Assembly (NCBI GenBank): GCA_032718475.1
Contig: JAUCBJ010007556.1
Coordinates: 10,074 to 74,073 of the forward strand
Direction of reading: 5' to 3'
Length of the DNA stretch: 64,000 nucleotides
Source of the DNA: Nemertoderma westbladi
Taxonomy: Eukaryota; Animalia; Xenacoelomorpha
Numbering within the stretch: position 1 is the first letter of the stretch; the number at the start of each line of letters is the position of its first letter. Position numbers and translations under genes: made by a program. The notes beneath the pieces were generated by a model, which saw only the letters and a program-made list of their open reading frames with translations, had not been told where the DNA came from and ran no database searches. Below are positions 13,938 through 27,800 of the stretch, in pieces.

Positions 13938-14205
13938 GTGTTTGAAAAAGGTGGACTGGACACAGAAAACACGGACAACGGACAGACCAATCAGAATTGT
14001 ATTATGCAAAGCAGTTTGTAGCAATTGGTCTGTCTACCTTTTTCAAGTTTTCGCTTTCTTAGTTACATAATTGGGAATAAGATGTGTGTTTGAAAAAGGT
14101 GGACTGGACACTCAGGCACAACAAGCATAGATAACAGTCTGACCAATCAGAAACGTATTAAAGCAACGCTATTTATTAGTGATTGGACTGTCGACCTTTT
14201 TCAGG
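13938..14205. repeat. Two tandem copies of a ~110-bp hairpin unit containing GACCAATCAGAA
   Basis: TGTTTGAAAAAGGTGGACTGGACAC...GACCAATCAGAA...ATTGG...ACCTTTTTCA occurs at ~13938 and ~14087. Confidence 0.6.
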
Positions 14206-15757
14206 TTTCAATTATTTATCTATAATGGTCATGCTGGAAGCAGCTGTATTAAGACTGCTGCCGGTGTCCTAGGCGTATCTACCCCCCCCCCCCCCCCCCC
14301 CGCGCAGATTGCCCTCCTATACACTTACAGTATAATAATAGTAGGTCTAGCGCACCGTACAGCACTTTAACTTGGATTTATTGGTTTATTTTTGTGGTTG
14401 GGTTAGTTGGTCAGGCCCAAACCATAATTAAAACTCTCATTAGTAACCCTATAACCTTAAAGTCCCGATGCTCTAATCTAAGAAATTTTGTGGAATTTAG
14501 GATCCAAAATATTTAGGGTTGGGGTTACATGACAGTTTTAATTAAGGTTTTGGGCTTCCATTTCCACTTTGAATTAGGGTTTCGTAAGTAGTTAAATAGA
14601 GAAATACAAATTAAACACAGCTAATGTAATTGAATATATACAAGTCTAAAATGAGGAAATTTTTTAAATTTTTTCGTAAGACATTCCAAATTCTAAGCTG
14701 TACCGAGACCATTTTGGAATTTATATATAATATCAAGAATATAATATAAGAATATAAATAGAATAGAAAGAATATAATATCAATATTTAACTTACAAAGC
14801 GTATTAGTCAAAAATCCATTGAAATTCATAGTACATAGGTTCATAGTTCAATAGTATCCATAAGAGTTCAACCAAAGGTGGCTGGCTGGCTATTATACTG
14901 GCATAACATTATTTCTGCGTCATGGGATGTTTGTACTAATACCCAATTGGTAAAGATAATATACATGGTGGGATAATTGGTGAATAACATTTAACAAGAA
15001 AATAGTCAGTGTCAGTCAATGCCGCGTGAAACTGTATTTGCGTAGTGATAACATATCGAAATTTATCTGATGACGACATGTACTGTACGTTCGAGTACAG
15101 TAACCGCCCACGACTTTAAAGTTATTTAATGTTATCAGTGAGACATCACCGAATTATACTTGAGTTTTACAAATATATGTGTGTGTGGAGTCAGAAGCCA
15201 TTAATAATGACTGAGGGGCCAATATGGCTGTTCTATAGTCCCATTACTAGATTTTACATTCTTAAGAACTAAAGTACGCACACAGGATGTAGCCGTAGAG
15301 TTAAAAACAGTTATTATTTTATAATAATATGGATATATCATTCACTATCACATAAGACATAAACTGTAACTGTAAATGGGATGGGCCTATTGTAAAACTC
15401 TACCTACAGAGGAACGCACATTATAAATGGAATATAAAAAGACTTACAATGTCTAACTAAAAAATCATATTTATCAACATAATATTATAAGATACAGTTA
15501 TATACATTTATACACGTCTATTTGGTTAAATGCCTATAAAGATATAGTTAAATGTCTATATAAATATACCAAATACAGTAAAACGCTATAGACTATAGTA
15601 ATGCGTTTTGTATGCCAACATACAGATACCAGTTTATGTATACGCGAGAAAAAAAAGAGTTAATAAAAGTTTTAGGGGCCTTTAGGGGTTTTATATGCTA
15701 ACAGTTTAGTAGGTTAGTGCAATGTAATGTAGTTTGTTGACTCTGGATGCCTTCGGG

Positions 15758-17158
15758 TTATTTTCTTCTCTGTCTTAGTGAATAACGGCCGATTGTAATT
15801 GGTTGCGGAATTCCAGATATCCCTTTGATTGAGTTTTTAGCTGTATGACTACTGCCACGCGATTTATCTGGTGAAATAGATTCAGTAAAATGTGAAGGTT
15901 TTACACTTTCTTGTCCGGCTTCGGGTACTGATGTCCCAACACCGGGTGAACCTGTCCCAACACCGGGTGAACCTGTCCCCACACCGAGTGAACCTGTCCC
16001 AACACCGGGTGAACCTGTCCCAACACCGGGTGAACCTGTCCCAACACCGGGTGAACCTGTCCCAACACCGGGTGAACCTGTCCCAACACCGGGTGAACCT
16101 GTCCTAACACTGTGTGAACCTGTCCCAACACCGGGTGAACCTGTCCCAACACTGTGTGAACCTGTCCCAACACCGGGTGAACCTGTCCCAACACCGGGTG
16201 AACCTGTCCCAACACCGGGTGAACCTGTCCCAACACTGTGTGAACCTGTCCCAACACCGGGTGAACCTGTCCCAACACCGGGTAAACCTGTCCCAACACC
16301 GGGTGAACCTGTCCCAACACCGGGTAAACCTGTCCCAACACCGGGTGAACCTGTCCCAACACCGGCTATAACTGTCTCATCGTTCCCAATTATTTTATCT
16401 TCAAGGTAATCTCCAATCTTGAATGCCAAACTTTTCCTCAATAACACTGTGGCCACCACGCCCACGCCCATCACCAAAGCGTCTACGGCGAGATAAACAA
16501 CCGTAAAGTTAGTTTTGTAGATACAGTTGTAGAAATAGTCCGTTACATCTTGCTCTCGGTCGCAGGCAGGTATACCAAATCCAACGCTCGTAGCAATAGA
16601 GATGACCGACGTGCAGACCATGGCTAATAGTGACAGAGTCGTGTACAACCGAAGTACATTAGCCAATCGGGTCGTCGTTAGACTGGTGTAACCGCTGATG
16701 ACTCGACGTTTTGGTCCCTCGAGAAAGGCCCAAAGTGACATTCCGATTAGCCAAGGACCGATAAACCAATGGACTGTAAATACACTTGGTAGACCCAATA
16801 GGACTTGGCACGCTACCACGACTTGGTAAAAAGTCACTAAATGCTCGCGATGTCTCAAAAAGTTAAGCTCTTTACAAATTCTTTCCCTTAATTCTTTTCC
16901 CTTTTCGTCAATATCTTTGTTGAGTAGCAGCTCAACCTCATCAGAGTTACTCAACCCGTTATCGCATACAGTTCGTCTTTCGTCCAACTCCCGTCCCTTA
17001 TGCCGCAAACTGAACCGCGATGAACAGCAGTCGTTGTATCCCAGTTTGACCACTAGATGGAGCAACTGAGCTTTGGCTCTCCATAGTGGATCGTCGTGAG
17101 GCACAGAGACCGATAATTTGGGCCCCAGAAACAACGGATTGGAGAAAAAAATAATCAT
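15758..17158 (-). CDS. Membrane protein with N-terminal ubiquitin-like domain, ~4 TM segments and a C-terminal GVGTGSP repeat tail
   Basis: Uninterrupted 466-aa [32 protein letters not shown] resembles ubiquitin [29 protein letters not shown]. Several hydrophobic stretches follow. True start uncertain. Confidence 0.7.
   Translation of the reverse strand: MIIFFSNPLFLGPKLSVSVPHDDPLWRAKAQLLHLVVKLGYNDCCSSRFSLRHKGRELDERRTVCDNGLSNSDEVELLLNKDIDEKGKELRERICKELNFLRHREHLVTFYQVVVACQVLLGLPSVFTVHWFIGPWLIGMSLWAFLEGPKRRVISGYTSLTTTRLANVLRLYTTLSLLAMVCTSVISIATSVGFGIPACDREQDVTDYFYNCIYKTNFTVVYLAVDALVMGVGVVATVLLRKSLAFKIGDYLEDKIIGNDETVIAGVGTGSPGVGTGLPGVGTGSPGVGTGLPGVGTGSPGVGTGSHSVGTGSPGVGTGSPGVGTGSPGVGTGSHSVGTGSPGVGTGSHSVRTGSPGVGTGSPGVGTGSPGVGTGSPGVGTGSPGVGTGSLGVGTGSPGVGTGSPGVGTSVPEAGQESVKPSHFTESISPDKSRGSSHTAKNSIKGISGIPQPITIGRYSLRQRRK
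15932..16365. repeat. 21-bp coding minisatellite (~20 copies, CCTGTCCCAACACCGGGTGAA)
   Basis: Near-perfect tandem array, in frame with the 15758-17158 ORF. Confidence 0.97.
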
Positions 17159-19032
17159 TGTGAAAAGTTATGAAACACGAAGGTATACAAATTATCGTAC
17201 GCAATAAATAATTAAGTGTTCACCGGTAACCACTAACAATACATGCTACTAACACTGACAGAACTAATATTTAACACATGTAATTTGCTGATTATTTAGC
17301 TCTTAACAGGTACTTAGAATACTTTGTGTCTAGCCTAGTGAGGCCAGCAGGCTACTTAACTAACTCTGGCCTACCATATTCCACCCTAGAGCCTAGAGTT
17401 CGGTAAATACTCTCTACCTACATGTAACATTAACATTTTTATAACTTGAGGTTGAGAGTGCTAACATCAAATTTGTCACGGTTAATTTCCATTCTGATGA
17501 AAAAGTATTTTGAAGGAAACATAGTAACACCACCATGCCCAGTACTAAATGAAAACAAATGGGGAAGACTGATTCTTTTTGGATATAAAATAGGAATATT
17601 AGGTGAGAATTTGCAATTATTATTAATGATTTTCGGTTACCAACATAAAATATCCAAACGGCCATAAAATAACATAAACAGTTCGAATACAAAATGTGTA
17701 TTTATTTTCCAAAAGGATCACATTAACAACGTTCGCATTCATAATAATATTGGCGGCTAATTAATAGCTAGAAAATTAAATATTGGATTAAATAAAACAT
17801 AATTTACAGCAGATTAAATTAACAAATATATATAAATAAATACATTTAATAACAGTTGAACGACAATAATATTGTAATATATAATGCAATATATAATATG
17901 CCTAAACATTACTTACTTACACACCCGTAATGTATAGTTAGTGCCTAAAATCTAAATTGTTTTATAAATGCGAATTTTAGTGCCGTTACATTCAAGTACA
18001 TTAGTTATTTATCCCTGTCCTTTAGTTAGCCGGCCAAGTACGTCAGATTTTCGCTCCATCCCAGAACTAAAAGGAAACACGTATGTATTAGGTACCATAA
18101 GTAATAGTTCGATGTTAACATTACTTCCATCCATGTACATATTTTGCGTTGAGTTATTGTATTATTGTTGTTTGATATTTATTTTATTAATTTATTTAGT
18201 GTCATTCTTTCGATCTAGTGTTGTTGGACAATTTGAGTTCTATGGTGTTATTTTAAAATTTATTTGTTGTGTTTATATGATTACAATAAATAAATAGCGG
18301 GCGTTGCTTTATATAAAATTAAATTACTACAGAGGCACTCACCATTAACTACATTTTATTTAATGTAAATCAACGTAATGGCGAATTTTCCAACTCAATA
18401 GTCAACACATAATAATAAATAAAATATTGCAAAATTAATGATGAATATTTGTGAACACGGTTACTGCACACCTATTTGTGATAAACAAACAATGTTACTG
18501 CTACTGTATTGTATATAAATAAATTATTTTAGTAAACCTTGTAAAATAACAGATTACATAAAAAAAATTGTCGGCCTTCAACATCAATAAAAAAAAGTTG
18601 ACTTACAACAATATAAAATTGTTATTGTATTTGACAATACACGATTTATATTACAAAAAATATACATACGGTATTGTATCATATTATATGCATTAAAAAG
18701 CTGGTAAGAAAAAACACAATTATTAATCATCTACATTAACGTTAGTTCTTTTATAAATACAATTAGACAATAATACAGCACAATAAGTTCATCAACATTT
18801 ATTAGCTGCCATAATAATAATACTATAATGTATTCAAAATTCAAATACCGCATACTGTATATGTAGGTATGCAATATTAATTAATAATAGTATTGGTGAC
18901 ATTCTATTTAACGAGTCACGTCTATATTATGTATATCAATAACAATTATATCAATATATTACAGTCGTAAGCTGAATGAAATATGAATTACCTGTGTGTA
19001 GTGTGTAAACCCCACGCCGGCCCCTTACAGCC

Positions 19033-19962
19033 TTATTTGGACTTGAGTTTAAATATCGTGTACAACACCGCCCCAAATATACTGAGATTTAGACCGATAA
19101 AGTTGGCCCAACTGAACATGTAATCGCCACCCACTACCATACCGACGTAGGTTGTAGCTACGTTCTTCATACATCCGACAATGGAAGTAGTCAGAGGAGA
19201 ATTATAAAATGTACAGAGCATGGTAGCCCAGAGAAGGATTAAACCCGCAACGCAAGTCCCTAGGAAATATATAGCGAAGGAAAGGTTAGACCAGTGGGGG
19301 TACTGAGTGGCGGCTGTTAGATCGCCGGAAGTGGAGGAAAGAATGACAACCGGAAGCAACATAAACAATGCATTGTAGAACAGCAAACCGTATTTACCGA
19401 TATCGTTTGACTGCAGTATTGATTTGGTGTAGACGTTGTTAGCCGCGGAGAATATGTCGCTTAGCAGGATGACGGAATAGGCGACGACGTCAAAGGCTAG
19501 GTCGTTTATCGCAGCGACCAACGCGCCTATTACCATGATAACAACAGATAAACAAACCCCAACGGGCATACGATTTCTTAGCAGAACAAATTCGCCAAGT
19601 AGAGTTAGTAAGATAGTAAATCTTCTGAGAACAACAAACATAGGAAGACTCACCGCTTTTGTTCCTCTTAAACTCGTCACTAAAGTCCCGAGGTAGAGAA
19701 GAGGAAGAGGAAATATTTTATAAGGAATAGACCGGGATAGCTTAGGGAAGTTTACTACTCCTATTAGTTTAAGGAAACCTAGGATGACAACAACCGCTAC
19801 CATTTGGCCGATACCGAGAAACATGCTGCTGGGGAATTTGTAACCCGTGAGAACAATCTTATTGAGTAGAGTTATTATAAAGGAAGAGACGCCGTAGAAC
19901 AGTGCCGATCCAATGCAGAAGACAAACGATTTAGAGTCGTCGGAGAATGGTGATTGATCCAT
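19033..19962 (-). CDS. SLC35D: SLC35D-family UDP-sugar transporter (frc/sqv-7/SLC35D1-2-like), single coding exon
   Basis: 309 aa, multi-TM, with SALFYGVSS..NKIVLT.YKFPS, IFPLPLLY, SLPMF.VLRRF, GKYGLLFYN, YNSPLTT.IVGCMKN..TY.GM..GGDY.FSW.NF.GLN. Confidence 0.95.
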   Translation of the reverse strand: MDQSPFSDDSKSFVFCIGSALFYGVSSFIITLLNKIVLTGYKFPSSMFLGIGQMVAVVVILGFLKLIGVVNFPKLSRSIPYKIFPLPLLYLGTLVTSLRGTKAVSLPMFVVLRRFTILLTLLGEFVLLRNRMPVGVCLSVVIMVIGALVAAINDLAFDVVAYSVILLSDIFSAANNVYTKSILQSNDIGKYGLLFYNALFMLLPVVILSSTSGDLTAATQYPHWSNLSFAIYFLGTCVAGLILLWATMLCTFYNSPLTTSIVGCMKNVATTYVGMVVGGDYMFSWANFIGLNLSIFGAVLYTIFKLKSK

Positions 19963-20914
19963 TATTACTGTATTACAGGCGTACGGTACAGCGGTACGGT
20001 AGGCTACAGTCCTACAGCAGCGCCAGCGGTAGGTTGACCGCTACATACTGACATAGGCCTACTATTGGCCTTTAAATCTATAAATCCATGCTGCCATGTA
20101 GTTAGCAGGCTGGCAGGTTAGTTAGTCAGTCAGTCAGTTAGTAAGAGTACCGGTACTATGATCAGACTATTACAGTATTATCAGATTATCTATAAGCAGT
20201 ACAGAGATAGGGCCTACCTACTCCAGTACTCCTACCAGCCTACTGCCTACAGCTACAGTCGCAGTGAGTGCAACAGTCTGACAGTGCAGCAGCAGCAGTG
20301 TGTGCCTGGTAAATATGGCCGTCAGCGCTGCGCCACTGCAGCACTGAGCAACATTAATTTTCGGGAATAATTTCTCCATAGACTGAAAGAGAGGCCTATC
20401 CCAAGGACTACAACTACTGAAGCAGCTCTGCTTCAGTGGTCCTTGTCCTAGCCTCTATCTGTCTATTAGACTGATAGACTGATAGAAGCTCTTGTGTAGG
20501 TGGCTTATTTTCGTAGCAGTGTAGGCCTATAGCCTGTATAGCTTAGTAGGCTGTAAGGTCGTACTATACAGTCTGACAGTATACATAGCATAGAGATCGC
20601 TATGTTCCAGAATATACACTACCGGTAACAGGATAACACTGTAAGAGCTTAATTATTAATGTTAGGCCTACAGAATTATTATATCTGATTGTGTTACCTT
20701 GTTACCGAACCACGACCACCACCATGCTGGGTGATTAGTTTGCTTAGGCCCGGGAGGGGGGGGGGGGGGGGGGGGTCGCTACACCTACAGTACCTGGTGG
20801 CGTTGGTAATTAATTATAAAAGGATGGAGGATGGAGTAGAGTTGAGTCACATGTATGGTGGCTGATTTAGGCCCCATTTAATTTCTAAATTACGTTGTTC
20901 AGGGAATTAAGAAA

Positions 20915-21395
20915 ACAGAAACAAAATAAACTAAATTAAGTAAATTCTGTTTCGATTGATTGAAAAAATAAATTAAGTACCCGGTAAATTCTAATTGGTT
21001 GAAAAAATAAATAAACTAAATTAAGTAAATTCTGATTGGTTGAATTTATAAATAAACTAAATTAAGCAGATTTCTGATTGGTAGCAAAAATAAATAAAAT
21101 AAATTAAGGGGTTATTCGTCAGTATACTGTAGAATGCCGGTACCACTACTACAGTACTACAGTTTTTTAACTGTAGTAACTGTTTTTAAACCTTGTAAAC
21201 CATGTTGGTGCCCATCATACAGCCACATACCGCAGTCTGCAGTACCACATAACGGCCTACAGTGCTACAGTCAGACTGTATAATTTTATTTGTCGTTTAT
21301 TTCAACCAATCAGAATTAACGTAATTTATTTTATTTATTTTTTCAACCAATCAGAATTTACTTTTTAGTATTTATTTTTTCAACCAACCAGAAAC
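20915..21395. repeat. MITE-like foldback of AT-rich units containing CTGATTGGTTGAA / TTCAACCAATCAG
   Basis: About four direct ~40-bp units at 20920-21110, mirrored by inverted units at 21285-21395. Confidence 0.6.
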
Positions 21396-21865
21396 CGATA
21401 ATAATGGCAAATAGTGTCATTGTCGTCGTTGTTGTTAACATGTTGTTGTTGACATGCTAATATACCGGTACAGTATGTATTATACCATTTGCGTATTTTT
21501 TTTTAAGAAGGTGATCGGTTCGCAGTTCTCCAGTCGCCCGCCAGAGGGCTAAATGTCTGAAAGTGTAAACCTTCCACAGTTTCCTTGATCTTAATCTCTG
21601 TTGAAGCTGAAACTTGGCATAAATGTACTAGAAAACTGGATGCTTCCTTGTTGGACGGTACTCCATCTATGTACACTTCTACGGTATTAGTTTGCAGCTA
21701 GAAGCTGAGAAGGTCGAAATATCTGAAATTGAAAACCTTCTCTCATTTCGTTATTTGATATCCGTTCAAACTGAAGCTTGGCAGATAAACATGCTAGACC
21801 GTAGACCATCCATAGGCCTGCATGTCAAACACTATTAACCAACAAGACCCCTAACAGACAAGACC

Positions 21866-24800
21866 TCATTTGTTTATTACCGGTAACAATACACATGGGT
21901 TCATTTGTTTATTACCGGTAACAATACACATGGGTTCATTTGTTTATTACCGGTAACAATACACATGGGTTAATTTGTTTATTACCGGTAACAATACACA
22001 TGGGTTCATTTGTTTATTACCGGTAACTTGTTTATAACCAGTAACAATACACATTGGTTCATTTGTTTATTACCGGTAACAATACACATGGGTTCATTTG
22101 TTTTTTAGCGGTAACAATAGGCCTACACATGGGTTCATTTGTTTATTACCGGTAACAATACACATGGTTTCATTTATTTATTACCAGTAACAATACACAT
22201 GGGTTCATTTGTTTATTATCGGTAACAGTACAAACTGATTCAATTGTTTATTACCGGTAACAATACACATGGGTTCATTTGTTTATTATACGTAACAGTA
22301 CAAACGCATTCATTTGTTTATTACCGGTTACAATACACATGGGTTCATTTGTTTATTACCGGTAACTTGTTTATTACAGTAACAATACACATTGGTTCAT
22401 TTGTTTATTACCGGTAACAATACATATGGGTTCATTTGTTTATTACCGGTAACAATACACACGGGTTTATTTGTTTATTACCGGTAACTTGTTTATTACC
22501 AGTAACAATACACTTGGTTCATTTGTTTATTACCGGTAACAATACACATGGGTTCATTTGTTTTTTACCGGTAACAATAGGCATACACACGGGTTCATTT
22601 GTTTATGACCGGTAACAATACACATGGTTTCATTTATTTATTACCAGTAACAATACACATGGATTCATTTGTTTATTACCGGTAACAATACACGTGGGTT
22701 CATTTGTTTATTACCAGTAACTTGTTTAGTACTGGTAACAATACACATGGGTTCATTTGTTTATTACCGGTAACAATACATATGGGTTCATTTGTTTGTT
22801 ACCAGTAACAATAGGCCTACACACGGGTTCATTTGTTTATTACCGGTAACAATACACATTGTTTCATTTGTTTATTACCAGTAACAATAGCCTACATGCG
22901 GGTTCATTTGTTTATTACAAGTAACAATACACGCGGGTTCATTTGTTTGGTACAGGTAACAGTACACACGGGTTCATTTGTTTATTACCGGTAACAATAC
23001 ACATGGGTACATTTGTTTGTTAACTGTAACAATAGGCCTACACACGTGGTTCATTTGTTTATTACCGGTAACAATACACATGGTTTTATTTGTTTATTAC
23101 CAGTAACAATACACACGGGTTCATTTATTTATTACCGGTAACAATACACGCGGGTTCATTTGTTTAGTACCGGTAACAATACCCATGGTTTCATTTGTTT
23201 ATTACCGGTAACAATTCAAATGGCTTTATTTGTTTATTACCAGTAACAATACACATGGGTTCATTTGTTTATTACCGGTAACAATACACATGGGTTCATT
23301 TGTTTGGTACTGGTAACAATAGGCCTACACACGGGTTCATTTGATTATTACCAGTGACAATACACATGGGTTCATTTGTTTGGTACCAGTACCAATAGGC
23401 CTACACACGGGTTCATTTGTTTATTACCAGTAACAATACACATGGGTTCATTTGTTTATTACTGGTAACAATACACACGGGTTCATTTCTTTATTACCGG
23501 TAACAATACACATGGTTTCATTTGTTTATTACCGGTAACAATACACACGGGTTCATTTCTTTATTACCGGTAACAATACACATGGTTTCATTTGTTTATT
23601 ACCGGTAACAATACACATGGGTTCATTTGTTTATTACTGGTAACAATGCAAATGGGTTCATTTGTTTATTACTGGTAACAATACACGCGGGTTCATTTGT
23701 TTATTACCATTAACAATACAAGCGGGTTCATTTCTTTATTACCGGTAACAATAGCCTACACGCAGGTTCATTTGTTTATTACCGGTAACAGTACACACGG
23801 GTTCATTTGTTTATTACCAGTAACAATACATGCGGGTTCATTTGTTTATTATCGGTAACAGTACACACGGGTTCGTTTGCTTATTACTGGTAACAATACA
23901 TGCGGGTTCATTTGTTTATTATTGGTAACAGTACACATGGGTACATTTGTTTATTACTGGTAACAATACACACGGGTTTATTTGTTTATTACCGGTAACA
24001 ATTCACACGGGTTCATTTGTTTATTACCGGTAACAATACACATGGGTTACTTTGTTTGGTACCGGTAACAATAGGCCTACACACGGGTTCATTTGTTTAT
24101 TACCGGTAACAATACACATGGGTTCATTTTTTTGGTACCGGTAACAATAGCCTACACGCGGGTTCATTTGTTTATTATCGCTAACAATACATGCAGGTTC
24201 ATTTGTTTATTACCGGTAACAGTACACACGGGTTCATTTGTTTATTACCAGTAACAATACATGCGGGTTCATTTGTTTATTATCGGTAACAATACACACG
24301 GGTTCATTTGTTTATTACCAGTATCAATACATGCGGGTTCATTTGTTTATTATCGGTAACAGTACACACGGGTTCATTTGTATATTACCTGTAACAATAC
24401 TTGCGGGTTCATTTCTTTATTACCGGTAACAATACACATGGGTTCATTTGTTTGTTACCAGTAACAATAGGACTACACACGGGTTCATTTGTTTATTACC
24501 GGTAACAATACACATTGTTTCATTTGTTTATTACCGGTAACAATAGCCTACATGCGGGTTCATTTGTTTATTACCGGTAACAATACACGAGGGTTCCTTT
24601 GTTTGTTACCGGTAACAGTACACACGGGTTCATTTGTTTATTACCGGTAACAATACACATGGGTACATTTGTTTGTTACCTGTAACAATAGGCCTACACA
24701 CGTGGTTCATTTGTTTATTACCGGTAACAATACACATGGTTTCATTTGTTTATTACCAGTAACAATACACACGGGTTCATTTGTTTATTACCGGTAACAA

Positions 24801-27800
24801 TACATGCAGGTTCATTTGTTTATTACCAGTAACAATACCCATGGTTTCATTTATTTATTACCGGTAACAATTCAAATGGCTTCATTTGTTTATTACCAGT
24901 AACAGTACACATGGGTTCATTTGTTTATTACCGGTAACAATACACATGGATTCATTTGTTTGGTACCGGTAACAATAGGCCTACACACGGGTTCATTTGA
25001 TTATTACCAGTGACAATACACATGGGTTCATTTGTTTGGTACCAGTACCAATAGGCCTACACACGGGTTCATTTGTTTATTACCAGTAACAATACACATG
25101 GGTTCATTTGTTTATTACTGGTAACAATACACACGGGTTCATTTCTTTATTACCGGTAACAATACACATGGTTTCATTTGTTTATTACCGGTAACAATAC
25201 ACACGGGTTCATTTCTTTATTACCGGTAACAATACACATGGTTTCATTTGTTTATTACCGGTAACAATACACATGGGTTCATTTGTTTATTACTGGTAAC
25301 AATGCAAATGGGTTCATTTGTTTATTACTGGTAACAATACACGCGGGTTCATTTGTTTATTACCATTAACAATACAAGCGGGTTCATTTGTTTATTACCG
25401 GTAACAATAGCCTACACGCGGGTTCATTTGTTTATTATCGGTAATAATACACGCGGGTTCATTTGTTTATTACCGGTAACAGTACACACGGGTTCATTTG
25501 TTTATTACCAGTAACAATACATGCGGGTTCATTTGTTTACTATCGGTAACAGTACACACGGGTTCGTTTGCTTATTACTGGTAACAATACATGCATGCGG
25601 GTTCATTTGTTTATTATTGGTAACAGTACACATGGGTTCATTTGTTTATTACTGGTAACAATACACACGGGTTCATTTGTTTATTACCGGTAACAATACA
25701 CATGGGTTACTTTGTTTGGTACCGGTAACAATAGGCCTACACACGGGTTCATTTGTTTATTACCGGTAACAATACACATGGGTTCATTTTTTTGGTACCG
25801 GTAACAATAGCCTACACGCGGGTTCATTTGTTTATTATCGCTAACAATACACGCGGGTTCATTTGTTTATTACCGGTAACAGTACACACGGGTTCATTTG
25901 TTTATTACCAGTAACAATACATGCGGGTTCATTTGTTTATTATCGGTAACAATACACACGGGTTCATTTGTTTATTACCAGTATCAATACATGCGGGTTC
26001 ATTTGTTTATTTTCGGTAACAGTACACACGGGTTCATTTGTTTATTACCTGTAACAATACTTGCGGGTTCATTTGTTTATTACCGGTAACAATACACATG
26101 GGTTCATTTGTTTGTTACCAGTAACAATAGGACTACACACGGGTTCATTTGTTTATTACCGGTAACAATACACATTGTTTCATTTGTTTATTACCGGTAA
26201 CAATAGCCTACATGCGGGTTCATTTGTTTATTACCGGTAACAATACATGCAGGTTCATTTGTTTATTACCAGTAACAATACCCATGGTTTAATTTATTTA
26301 TTACCGGTAACAATTCAAATGGCTTCATTTATTTATTACCAGTAACAATACACATGGGTTCATTTGTTTATTACCGGTAACAATACACATGGATTCATTT
26401 GTTTGGTACCGGTAACAATAGGCCTACACACGGGTTCATTTGTTTATTACCAGTAACAATACACATGGGTTCATTTGTTTGGTACCGGTAACAATAGGCC
26501 TACACACGGGTTCATTTGTTTATTACCAGTGACAATACACATGGGTTCATTTGTTTGGTACCAGTAACAATAGGCATACACACAGGTTCATTTGTTTATT
26601 ACCAGTAACAATACACATGGGTTCAATTTTTTATTACCGGTAACAATACACATGGGTTCATTTCTTTATTACCGGTAACAATACACATGGTTTCATTTGT
26701 TTATTACCGGTAACAATACACATGGGTTCATTTGTTTATTACTGGTAACAATGCACATGGGTTCATTTGTTTATTACCGGTAACAATACATGCGGGTTCA
26801 TTTGTTTATTACCGTTAACAATACAAGCGGGTTCATTTGTTTATTACCGGTAACAATAGCCTTCACGCGGGTTCATTTGTTTATTATCAGTAATAATACA
26901 CGCGGGTTCATTTGTTTATTACCGGTAACAGTACACACGGTTTAATTTGTTTATTACTGGTAACAATACATGCGTGTTCATTTGTTTATTATCGGTAACA
27001 ATACAAGCGGGTTCATTTGTTTATTACCGGTAACAATACACATGGGTTCATTTGTTTATTACCGGTAACAATATACACGGGTTCATTTGTTTATTACCGG
27101 TAACAATTCACACGGGTTCATTTGTTTATTACTGGTAACAATACACACGGGTTCATTTGTTTATTACCAGTAACAATACACTGGGTTCTTTTGTTTATTA
27201 CTGGTAACAATTCAAATGGCTTCATTTGTTTATTACCAGTAACAATACACATGGGTTCTTTTGTTTATTACCGGTAACAATACGCATGGGTTAATTTGTT
27301 TGGAACCGGTAACAATAGGCCTACACACGGGTTCATTTGTTTATTACCGGTAACAATACACATGGGTTCATTTTTTTGGCACCTGTAACAATAGGCCTAC
27401 ACACGGGTTCATTTGTTTATTACTGGTAACAATACACACGGGTTCATTTCTTTATTACCGGTAACAATACACATGGGTTCATTTGTTTAATACCGGTAAC
27501 AATACACGCGGGTTCATTTGTTTATTACCGGTAACATTACACATGGGTTAATTTGTTTATTACTGGTAACAACTCAAACGGCTTCATTTGTTTATTACCA
27601 GTAACAATACACGCGGGTTCATTTGTTTATTATCAGTAACAATACACACGGGTTCATTTGTTTATTACCAGTAACAATACCCATTATTTCATTTGTTTAT
27701 TACTGGTAACAATACATGCGGGTTCATTTGTTTATTATCGGTAACAATACACATGGGTTAATTTGTTTGTTACCATTAACAATACAAGCGGGTTCATTTG

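Noticed and set aside
15892-16371. Alternative-frame repeat ORFs (QHRVNLS, VLGQVHP)
   Set aside because: Shadows of the 21-bp minisatellite.
17414-17692. Possible upstream exon of the Ubl-TM gene
   Set aside because: A donor-like AG|GTAGAG exists, but I found no convincing acceptor at the start of the downstream ORF.
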